20,772 nt of DNA from Campylobacterota bacterium (GTDB lineage: Bacteria; Campylobacterota; Campylobacteria; Campylobacterales; Sulfurimonadaceae), in contig JAYEKO010000026.1 of NCBI GenBank assembly GCA_034661055.1, forward strand, positions 1-20,772. The letters are read 5' to 3'. Of the stretch, positions 7,774-15,895 are shown piece after piece. Both the position numbers and the translations under genes were made by a program. Position 1 is the first letter of the stretch; each line of letters opens with the position of its first letter. Under the pieces are notes generated by a model that saw nothing but the letters and a program-made list of their open reading frames with translations, ran no database searches and was not told the origin of the DNA.

Positions 7774-8940
7774 TTAATCGATTGTGTAATGCATAGCCAC
7801 AGTAATTGAGTTCTGTCCATTAGATGCTTCGAATGCACCGTTATAACTCTCAGTTACTTCTGGAGAATTTACATAAGCAAAGTCTAAACACAGTCTTTCA
7901 TTAAGCTGGTATCCAAAACCTGCAGTGTAATGTGATTCACTAAATGCCGGGAATCCCATAATATTAAAATAAGCACTTTGAGGATCTTGAGTTGAAACAT
8001 TGCTTAATGGATTTTCAGAGTAGTTATATCCGGCACGAAGTGTTAAGTCAGCCACTTCATATGAGAAACCTAGAGCAAATACATCTTGATCATCCCACAT
8101 AAATCTATCATAACCATCTGCTGAACTCCAAGCAATCTTTCGATAATCAAATGTTAATCCATAGTTAGAACGCACATAAGCAATACCTAAACCATACTCA
8201 GCTGGCTGAGACAGTTTAAGTGAATCATACATTCCATCTGCATTAAAATCAAAAACATTTTCATACTCTGTATCAACTTGTGTCTGATAATACGCACCAA
8301 GAGTAATTTCATTGCTCAAGTAGTAACCCACACCAATCTGTGCACCAAAGCCATAATCTTCAGATGTTCCACCACCACGTTGTGCCATTGTCATAGGATC
8401 AGCCGTTCCATCAGGTGTCATAGCTGACATTGCTAAAGAGCCATAAGATAGTGTAATTCCAGCTCCAAGTCTCCAGTCACCAGTAGCATAAGAGATAGAG
8501 GGCACAAAGCGCATGTATTGTAGATTGGTACGCATACTAGATAGACCCTTCATTGGATCTTCATTACGATAATCAACACCCATTCCAGAGACACCAAACA
8601 TACCAAAACCGTAAGATAAATCATTAGAAATATGATCAGTAATTGCAATCTCAGGGATAAGATTCATATCTGCTTTACTTGTAGCACTTTGACCATTTCC
8701 TTGTCCAGCATTAGAAGCACTAACATCAGGCATAAAGACTGTAGCGCCAAACATACCATTAAGTCCTTTAGAATCAACGAGCCAAGCAGGATTCTTAAAT
8801 ACAGAATCGGCACCCATACCGTAAGCGATACCGGTTCCCCCCATTGCACGTGACTCAGGTCCAAGAGCAATTAAATTATCTCCATTTGTTGCATGAATAA
8901 TCGATGAAGTGATTATTGACAATAAAATTATTTTTTTCAT
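7774..8940 (-). CDS. OmpP1/FadL/TodX-family outer-membrane transporter
   Basis: Signal peptide, then the plug signature TNGDNLIALGPESRAMGGTGIA...NPA. Amphipathic beta-strands and LTLRAGYNY motif. Confidence 0.88.
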   Translation of the reverse strand: MKKIILLSIITSSIIHATNGDNLIALGPESRAMGGTGIAYGMGADSVFKNPAWLVDSKGLNGMFGATVFMPDVSASNAGQGNGQSATSKADMNLIPEIAITDHISNDLSYGFGMFGVSGMGVDYRNEDPMKGLSSMRTNLQYMRFVPSISYATGDWRLGAGITLSYGSLAMSAMTPDGTADPMTMAQRGGGTSEDYGFGAQIGVGYYLSNEITLGAYYQTQVDTEYENVFDFNADGMYDSLKLSQPAEYGLGIAYVRSNYGLTFDYRKIAWSSADGYDRFMWDDQDVFALGFSYEVADLTLRAGYNYSENPLSNVSTQDPQSAYFNIMGFPAFSESHYTAGFGYQLNERLCLDFAYVNSPEVTESYNGAFEASNGQNSITVAMHYTID

Positions 8941-8967
8941 TAAACTACCTTTGTGTTTTATGTGTTT

Positions 8968-8976
8968 ATTGTATCA
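8968..8976 (-). promoter_or_regulatory. Putative extended -10 promoter of the FadL-family gene
   Basis: Minus strand TGaTACAAT about 28 nt upstream of the ATG, which has an AAGGT SD. Confidence 0.5.
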
Positions 8977-9090
8977 TAAAATCTTATAAATAAAGTCAAA
9001 ATAGTTATAATTAAAAATTATAATATTTAGTGTGGCTATAATGTTATATGTAGAAGAATTACATGTAAAACAAGGGTACTGTATTTGTGG

Positions 9091-9133
9091 CTCGCAGTGA
9101 CTAAAAAAAGTCATTGCGAGAAACGAAGAAATT
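9091..9133. repeat. Palindromic REP-like element, degenerate copy 2; probable terminator of the RND operon
   Basis: CTCGCAGTGACT-aaaaaa-AGTCATTGCGAG followed by aaaCGAAGaAATT, matching the core and right arm of the 6089-6148 element. Confidence 0.7.
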
Positions 9134-9147
9134 TGGTGTATATTTTG

Positions 9148-10821
9148 TTAGATTGCTTTTGTTTTGTACATTAGCACGGGAACAAAAATAAGTGAAACGG
9201 CAACTGCAGCAACCGTTCCTGAAATGAGTGCTACACCAAGACCACCAAAAATAGGATCTGTTGCAAGCAGAGCACTTCCTAAAATAATAGCAACGGCTGT
9301 TAAGATAATAGGAGTTGCACGTGTGGCAGTAGCTATAGCTATAGCTCTGTCTTTTGCCATGCCTTTTTCATCCATTAAAGATTTAGTAAAGTCAATAAGT
9401 AGCAGAGAATTTCTTGAACTAATTCCCATTAAGGCAATAAATCCAATGAGGGAGGTTGCTGTTAAAAAGAAGGTCTCAGAGGTAAAGAAGTTTGCTACCC
9501 AGTGACCAATAAGGACTCCAATAATTGAGAGAAAGCTTCCTCCTAAAATAATTCCACTAATAGCAAAACTTTTATAGTAAATTACCAGTAGTAAAAAGAT
9601 TAGAATCAGTGCAGAGATAAAAGCACCACCAAGATCTCTAAAGGTATCGAGTGAGACTTTCATCTCTCCATCCCAACGTAGAACAAACTCTTCACCTGTG
9701 TTTTTGTCTTTAAGGAAAAGATCAAACATATTAGTGCTTGCCATAGGAGCATTTTGTATCTCGTACTTCTCGCCAAACCGTTCAATCATGGTAGCTCTAG
9801 CATCCAAGAGCGGATAGAGTTGTGAGACCATATCAGTTTCAGCAATGACGTTAAGCATTTTTTTCAAATTTTTTGAAAATATTGTTGGGTAGTTATCTAC
9901 TTCAATAACATCAACAAGCTCATTAACCGGAACCATCATTCCACGTTGATTCATTAGTCTTAAAGCAGAAAGTTTTGCTTCTAGTGCTGTTTTACTAAAT
10001 TCACCCATAAGTTTTGTCTCATCACTTAAAACCAGAAAAATTGGAATTTGATCAGGAGAGTTCTGAGAATTTTTAACAGCAATTTCCATACCCTCAAATG
10101 CTAAATACATGATTTTATTTAACTGATCCAAAGAGACACCTGAGCGGCTGATTTTTTCAGGATCAGCAATGAGCTCATATTTTTTGTATTTCTCATCTTG
10201 GATAATATCAACATCTACCAGACCTTCGGTGCTTCGTAGAATATAAGAGACTTCTCCTGCCATTTTTCTAATGGAGTTTTCATCTTTTCCATAGATTTCA
10301 ACGACGATCTGAGCCATTGTAGGAGGTCCAGCAGGTTGCTCAATCATTTTAATGCTAGTTCCTGTCTTAATCATCTGACAACTTGACTGTATTTGAGGTC
10401 GGAGACGTTTAACCATGGAAAATGATGCTTCGTCTCGTGAGTGCTTATCTGTTAGGTTGACAACTATTTCAGCAACATGCTCACCTTGTTTAAGAGTTGA
10501 ACCCTTAACAAGACCTGCATAATCAAGCGGAGAGCCTTGTCCTAAGTATAATTCAATATCTGTAACTGCTTCCTCTTTTTGAAGAATTCTAGTGATACAT
10601 TCTGTAATTTTCTTCGTTTCATGAACAGAAGATCCACTTGGAGCATCTACATAAATAGAGTAGGTATTGGTACTTTTTCCTGGTAGCATTCTTGCTAAAA
10701 CCATCTCTGTAGGAAACATCATAATGGTTAAACCAAGAAGACCAAATGTTCCTAAGATGACCATTAAGCGCTTAGAGGCACTTGCATTAATATTAAATAT
10801 AAAATCTTCAAGCCATTTCAT
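9148..10821 (-). CDS. RND (AcrB/AcrD/AcrF-family) permease, C-terminal half (TM7-TM12)
   Basis: One N-terminal TM, a periplasmic domain (PAGPP motif), then five TMs with GFIALMGISSRNSLLLIDF and RATPIILT, equivalent to AcrB TM10/TM11. Own AGGAG SD. Confidence 0.88.
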   Translation of the reverse strand: MKWLEDFIFNINASASKRLMVILGTFGLLGLTIMMFPTEMVLARMLPGKSTNTYSIYVDAPSGSSVHETKKITECITRILQKEEAVTDIELYLGQGSPLDYAGLVKGSTLKQGEHVAEIVVNLTDKHSRDEASFSMVKRLRPQIQSSCQMIKTGTSIKMIEQPAGPPTMAQIVVEIYGKDENSIRKMAGEVSYILRSTEGLVDVDIIQDEKYKKYELIADPEKISRSGVSLDQLNKIMYLAFEGMEIAVKNSQNSPDQIPIFLVLSDETKLMGEFSKTALEAKLSALRLMNQRGMMVPVNELVDVIEVDNYPTIFSKNLKKMLNVIAETDMVSQLYPLLDARATMIERFGEKYEIQNAPMASTNMFDLFLKDKNTGEEFVLRWDGEMKVSLDTFRDLGGAFISALILIFLLLVIYYKSFAISGIILGGSFLSIIGVLIGHWVANFFTSETFFLTATSLIGFIALMGISSRNSLLLIDFTKSLMDEKGMAKDRAIAIATATRATPIILTAVAIILGSALLATDPIFGGLGVALISGTVAAVAVSLIFVPVLMYKTKAI

Positions 10822-12467
10822 TAGTTATTCTCCTGAAGTTTATCTTTTTGAAAATGATGTTTATGGTGATGCATCTTCAGTTTTTTAAGCATCTTGTTGG
10901 CTAAGTACGGCGTAAAGATATATGCAATGATTAATGAGGCAAAGAGTGCTACAGGAACATTGTATGGAATAGGTTTCATAAACTCACCCATCATACCTCC
11001 AACAAATGCCATTGGAACCATAGTTAAAATAATGGCTAAGGTTGCAATGTTAGTTGGCGCACCAATCTCATCAGTTGCACTTACCATAATTTCATCAATA
11101 TCACGATCAACAGCATCATGAGCATGCATATGACGGTGAATATTTTCAATTACAATAATGGCGGCATCAACAAGTAGTCCTAGACTCAGTAAAAATGCAA
11201 AGAGGGTAATCCTATTAATGGTTTGACCTGTTAAAAAGGCAATAAACAGTGTAATAGCTAAAATGGCAGGAACCGTAAAGGTAACAATAAGTGACTCTTT
11301 CCATCCTAAAGCAATAGCAAGTACAATGGCAATAATAATAATGGTAATAACAAGGTGATGAACAAGCTCATTGACCGCTTCATTAGCACGAATACCGTAG
11401 TTACGAGTTACCATATATCCAATACCGGCAGCTGTAAGTTCTTCTTTATACTCATCCAAATTTTCAATAACACCTTGAGCAACATTTACCGCATTGGTTC
11501 CTTTAAGCTTTGATACATTAATAGTAATCTGTTCAGTAGTTGGACTAAAGGTACCATCTTCATTTTTGTAGGTAATCTGAGCTATTTTACGGTTCTGTTT
11601 GTCGTAAGACTTCTCTACGGTTGCAACATCTTTAAGATAGATTGGTGAGTTCATGTAAGATGCAACAATAACATTTTGAACATCTTCAACATTTTCAATG
11701 GCATTTTTAACTCCAAATACCATAATACGTCCATCATCTATTCTATTTTTAACTTCAGGAACATTTACTGCAAGTGATTGTAATGCTTGCATAATCTGAC
11801 CTAAAGATAGGTGATATCCTGAGAGTTTAAAGAGGTCAACCTGAACATTAAATTGCTCTTTATGTTCACCTTTTAGTGTGGTTTTAGAGACATTTTCAAT
11901 TTCATTGAAGTCTTGCTGAATATCACGTATCTGTTTAAAGAGCTGAACATTAGTAAGTTTTGATGACTCTTTAAGATAAAAGGCAACAGAGACAATAGGA
12001 ACATCAATATCAATATCAAAAGGCTTAATCATTGGTTGCATGGCACCCTTTGGTAAAAGCTCCATGTTTTGCATAACTTTATCATAAAGTTTTAGGTTTG
12101 AATCTTCACGATTCTCGCCAATTTTGTACATGACATTGATAATACCGGCATTATCGGTAGCAATACCGTAGATATGCTCAATTCCGGCAATTTCACGAAG
12201 TTTACGCTCTAAAGGCTTAACAATAATATTGTCAATCTCATTAGGAGTTGCACCAGGAAGAGGTACAATAATAGTTCCCCCGCTAATGGCAATTTGTGGA
12301 TCTTCTTCCCGCGGCATTACCTCTAAAGAGACGTAACCAATTGCCAGTAAAAAAACAGCTAAAACCGCAGTAAGCGGATTATAAATGAATGTCTTAGCTA
12401 ACTTACCTGCATAGTCCACTACAGGTATGCTGGCTATCTTTTCTAATTTTATATCTTCTTTGGCCAT
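10821..12467 (-). CDS. RND permease, N-terminal half (TM1-TM6)
   Basis: MPREEDPQI and PGATPNEIDNIIVKPLE (RND N-terminal signatures), TM4 GLLVDAAIIVIENI, PMAFVGGMMGEFMKP. His-rich C-terminal tail and GGAGGA SD. Confidence 0.9.
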   Translation of the reverse strand: MAKEDIKLEKIASIPVVDYAGKLAKTFIYNPLTAVLAVFLLAIGYVSLEVMPREEDPQIAISGGTIIVPLPGATPNEIDNIIVKPLERKLREIAGIEHIYGIATDNAGIINVMYKIGENREDSNLKLYDKVMQNMELLPKGAMQPMIKPFDIDIDVPIVSVAFYLKESSKLTNVQLFKQIRDIQQDFNEIENVSKTTLKGEHKEQFNVQVDLFKLSGYHLSLGQIMQALQSLAVNVPEVKNRIDDGRIMVFGVKNAIENVEDVQNVIVASYMNSPIYLKDVATVEKSYDKQNRKIAQITYKNEDGTFSPTTEQITINVSKLKGTNAVNVAQGVIENLDEYKEELTAAGIGYMVTRNYGIRANEAVNELVHHLVITIIIIAIVLAIALGWKESLIVTFTVPAILAITLFIAFLTGQTINRITLFAFLLSLGLLVDAAIIVIENIHRHMHAHDAVDRDIDEIMVSATDEIGAPTNIATLAIILTMVPMAFVGGMMGEFMKPIPYNVPVALFASLIIAYIFTPYLANKMLKKLKMHHHKHHFQKDKLQENN

Positions 12468-12475
12468 AGGTCCTC

Positions 12476-13267
12476 CTAGTCAAATGTAATTTTAGAGTAG
12501 AGCCCAGGATAGATGATTTTTTCTTCAGAATCAAAAGAGATCTTCACCTTAAATGAATGGGTCATTGGATTGGCTCCTGGAATAATTGAGCTTACTGTTC
12601 CTCTGTTGTTGATACCAGCAGATGGAATAGAGACTCCAACCTCTTTACCAATTTTAATATATTTTAGATTTTTCTCTGAAACCTCAGTAATAATTTTAAG
12701 TCTGCTTAAGTCTGTAAGAACTAGCGCTGGCATACCGGGAATTGCCATTTCGCCTTCATTAATGTTTTTTTGAACAATAACACCGTCATTTGGTGCTTTA
12801 ACGCGAAGGTAGTTGTATTGGTTCATCACTTCTGTAAGGCGTGCTTTGGCTTGTGCTACCTGCTTCTTAGCTACTTTAACCATATCTCTAAGATTTTTTT
12901 CTGCTAAGGTAAGATTCTCTAAGTCAAACTTAGAGACAATTTTTTTAGCATAAAGCCTCTGATTACGTTCAAGATTAAGTAATACATTGGTATGTTGTGA
13001 TTGATGCATATTTAGAGCTAAAATGGCTTGCTGAATTCCAAGTTCAACCTGTGCTTTTGCACTGTCAATCTCTTTTGAGTCAATCACATAAAGTAAATCG
13101 CCTTTTTTGACACGGTCACCTTCTGCTACATTAACACTCTGAATAAATCCCATATAGCGGCTTGTTAACATTTTTTTATTGTCTGATGCAACGGTTCCTG
13201 CAATTTCAAATGATGCTGCCTGCACCAAAGAAAACCATGCAATTGTTAATAGTAGTACTTTTTTCAC
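12476..13267 (-). CDS. RND efflux periplasmic adaptor (membrane fusion protein), copy 1
   Basis: SRYMGFIQSVNVAEGDRVKKGDLL, KAPNDGVIVQKNINEGE and IIPGANPMTHSFKVKI motifs. GTG start with AGGAG SD; lies between TolC and the permease. Confidence 0.92.
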   Translation of the reverse strand: MKKVLLLTIAWFSLVQAASFEIAGTVASDNKKMLTSRYMGFIQSVNVAEGDRVKKGDLLYVIDSKEIDSAKAQVELGIQQAILALNMHQSQHTNVLLNLERNQRLYAKKIVSKFDLENLTLAEKNLRDMVKVAKKQVAQAKARLTEVMNQYNYLRVKAPNDGVIVQKNINEGEMAIPGMPALVLTDLSRLKIITEVSEKNLKYIKIGKEVGVSIPSAGINNRGTVSSIIPGANPMTHSFKVKISFDSEEKIIYPGLYSKITFD

Positions 13268-13275
13268 TTTCTCTC

Positions 13276-14703
13276 CTAGTATGCTAATTTTTGAACTTGT
13301 AAGATTTTTTTGGTTCTTACATTTTGTAGTTGTAACAGCTTAAGCAGTTGCTCAATCTGTTGTGATTGTTTAATAACTACGTCATTTATAGAAGCTAAAC
13401 CTTCTTTGTATCGCTCTTGATAGTTGTTATATATTTCTATGGTAAGTTCTAGCCCTTTTTTGAGGCTTTCTATCTGAAAGTTTAAATTTTTTATTTCAGT
13501 TTTAATTTTTTTATACTGAAGTGCAATCCCTTTTTTAGCGAGGGCTACCTGCTGTTTAACTTTAAGTTGTTTGATTTTTTCTTGCTCTATATTTGCAGAG
13601 TCAAGACCACCGTTAAAGATGTTAATGCTTGCTTGAACTCCAACAGTGTAACGGTCATGATCAGTAAAATCATTTAAAAGCCTGTCATCACTACTTCCGT
13701 ACTCTGCAAATGCACCAATTTCAGGTAGATGTCTTGAGCTTTTTACTTCAACCATATCTCCTTGAATTTGTAGCCCAAGCTTTGCTTTTTGAATATCTTT
13801 GTTGGTTGCAAGAACCTGCTCAAGAGAGATTTTACAACACTCAGTATTTGATTGAAGCTCTTTAATTGATGTGACTTGTGAATCAAGTAAAAAATTTAAA
13901 AACTGGTATGAGAGTTTTTTGTTTGATTGCGATTGGAAAATCATTCGTTCCACATCAAAAAGTTTTGTCTCTACTTCAAGAAGGTCGGTGCGTTTTGCAT
14001 ATCCCTCTTTTTGCATCTCTATAGTAGCAAACTGTAACTGTTCAATATTTTTCTTAATAACAGTTAAATCTTTTTCAAATTGTGAAAGAAGGGAGATGTC
14101 ATAATAGACTTTTTCAAGTTCATATAGTTTTTGTGCAATGACTTTTTCTTTATCATGCTTGTTCATAGTTACCATCTGACTTGCAATTTTATTGTAACGT
14201 GTTAGTTTTCCACCTGTATAAAGAGGAATCATATAGGTGAATTTAAGATCAAAATGGTTTCTAGCGTCAGGGTAGTTTAGTTCATTTGGTGCGGTACCAA
14301 GCAGTTGGTTTGCCGTATCAGGGTTTTGCATAATATCAGTAAATGCTTGAAAGTCACCATTTGCCATAGTCAGTGCTTGACTTACACCGCCTAAGAATTC
14401 ATCAAAGCCAAAGTCACCAAAAGTGGCTTCACGACTTTGGAGTTTAAATCCAAAGACATTTCCTGCATCATTAGATCGCATTCCCATTAAAGTGGCATCA
14501 AGCTTACCGTAGTTGTAGCCTTCTGCAACACGTTTTCCAAGTGCAGCAACCTCAACATTAAACTGTGCAATATTAATCTCAAGGTTTTTAGTTTTAATAA
14601 TCTCTTTAGCTTCAAGTAGGCTCAAGTTCTCGTAAACAATATCATTCTCGGCCATAAGAAGAGTCGAACATAAAAATAAAATTGGTAAAAATATTTTTCT
14701 CAT
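13276..14703 (-). CDS. TolC-family outer-membrane efflux protein
   Basis: Signal peptide and two OEP repeats (IPLYTGGK; LPEIGAFAEY...INIFNGG; RYKEGLASINDV). ATG 14703 with AAGGA SD (TTG 14706 is an alternative start). Confidence 0.9.
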   Translation of the reverse strand: MRKIFLPILFLCSTLLMAENDIVYENLSLLEAKEIIKTKNLEINIAQFNVEVAALGKRVAEGYNYGKLDATLMGMRSNDAGNVFGFKLQSREATFGDFGFDEFLGGVSQALTMANGDFQAFTDIMQNPDTANQLLGTAPNELNYPDARNHFDLKFTYMIPLYTGGKLTRYNKIASQMVTMNKHDKEKVIAQKLYELEKVYYDISLLSQFEKDLTVIKKNIEQLQFATIEMQKEGYAKRTDLLEVETKLFDVERMIFQSQSNKKLSYQFLNFLLDSQVTSIKELQSNTECCKISLEQVLATNKDIQKAKLGLQIQGDMVEVKSSRHLPEIGAFAEYGSSDDRLLNDFTDHDRYTVGVQASINIFNGGLDSANIEQEKIKQLKVKQQVALAKKGIALQYKKIKTEIKNLNFQIESLKKGLELTIEIYNNYQERYKEGLASINDVVIKQSQQIEQLLKLLQLQNVRTKKILQVQKLAY

Positions 14704-14723
14704 CAATATCCTTTTAAGATGAG

Positions 14724-14818
14724 ATTATACAAAACTGTTACTTAGATTATCATAATAATAATTTGTAATACCTAGCTTAGCCATTTCACTTGCAAGATGA
14801 TTTTATTCAAGCTATAAT
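14724..14818. promoter_or_regulatory. Divergent promoter region between the tolC operon and cytochrome c paralog 2
   Basis: TATAAT on the minus strand at 14729-14724 and TATAAT on the plus strand at 14813-14818, each ~20-25 nt from its start codon. Confidence 0.55.
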
Positions 14819-14841
14819 AACTAAAACTTATTTAAAAGGGT

Positions 14842-15252
14842 ATGGAAATGATGAAAATCGCGTTAAGTATTGCAATGTTGAGTGCATTAATATTTGCTGG
14901 TGAATACACTGAAAAAGATAGAATTGAAGATATGAAAGATCTTGAAGATGCAATGGTTTTGGTTCAGAAAGGGTTTTTATATAATAATCTCTCTATGATA
15001 GAGTCAGGGGTAAATGAGATTAAAGAAAATGCTATGAGTGTTGAACCACCACTTAAAAATGAGGAAAAATATCTAGATAAACTTGAAAGTTACTCATATA
15101 AATATGCAAAACGTCAATCAGCTAAGATGACTGTTCATGCAGATGATATTGTGCAAGACTATAAAGATGGTAACAAGAAACAGGCAGTTAATGCTTACAA
15201 TAAAATCTTTAAGCAATGTATGACATGCCATGAAAGAATTAGAGACTGGTAA
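14842..15252 (+). CDS. Periplasmic monoheme class II cytochrome c, paralog 2
   Basis: Signal peptide and C-terminal CMTCH; colinear similarity with 1165-1575. The start could be the ATG at 14842, 14848 or 14851. Confidence 0.85.
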   Translation: MEMMKIALSIAMLSALIFAGEYTEKDRIEDMKDLEDAMVLVQKGFLYNNLSMIESGVNEIKENAMSVEPPLKNEEKYLDKLESYSYKYAKRQSAKMTVHADDIVQDYKDGNKKQAVNAYNKIFKQCMTCHERIRDW

Positions 15253-15321
15253 GCCTTGCCCTTTAAAATTAGATGTAATTTGGCTAGAATTACGCAATTA
15301 AAATATTAAAGGTACCACAAT

Positions 15322-15888
15322 ATGGCAACTATTGGAATGAGTGATATTAAAAAGGGCGTTCGTATGGAAATTTCGGGTGTTCCTTATAGAGTAGTAGAGT
15401 TTCAGCACGTTAAACCAGGAAAAGGTGCGGCATTTGTTCGCACTAAGGTTAAAAGCTTTCTTAATGGCAAGGTAATTGAGAAGACAATTCATGCTGGCGA
15501 TAAATTTGAAGTTCCAGTTTTAGAATACAGTACAATGCAGTACCTTTATGATGATGGTGAGATGCTTCAATTTATGGACAATGAGACTTATGATCAAATT
15601 GGACTAACGTATGATCAGTGTACTGAAGCTATGAAATGGCTTAAAGATGGCACTAATGTAGATATGGTTTTTTACAAAGGCAAGGCAATATCTGTTGATG
15701 TTCCTGCTACTATGGAGTTTGTAATTACCCAAACAGGTCCAAAAGACAAGGGTGACACTGCTAGTGGTTCTAAAAAACCTGCAACTATAGAGACAGGTGT
15801 TGTTATTCAGATTCCATATCACGTTCTTGAAGGTGACACTATTAAAGTAAATACAGTTGATGCTGAGTATTTAGAAAAAGTAAAATAA
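15322..15888 (+). CDS. efp: Translation elongation factor P
   Basis: EFQHVKPGKGAAFVRTK, MQYLY, FMDNETYDQ, KGDTA...KPATIETG; 188 aa. Confidence 0.98.
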   Translation: MATIGMSDIKKGVRMEISGVPYRVVEFQHVKPGKGAAFVRTKVKSFLNGKVIEKTIHAGDKFEVPVLEYSTMQYLYDDGEMLQFMDNETYDQIGLTYDQCTEAMKWLKDGTNVDMVFYKGKAISVDVPATMEFVITQTGPKDKGDTASGSKKPATIETGVVIQIPYHVLEGDTIKVNTVDAEYLEKVK

Positions 15889-15895
15889 CCTCTCT

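Noticed and set aside
1610..9035. Apparent similarity between the upstream regions of cytochrome 1 (1610-1680) and the FadL-like gene (8968-9035) as a shared operator
   Set aside because: The alignment needs gaps in extremely AT-rich DNA and cannot be distinguished from chance or generic promoter elements by eye.
10801..10880. Split RND as a pseudogene or frameshift
   Set aside because: The TAATG coupling, dedicated SD, break at the TM6/TM7 loop and intact halves favour a real two-gene arrangement.
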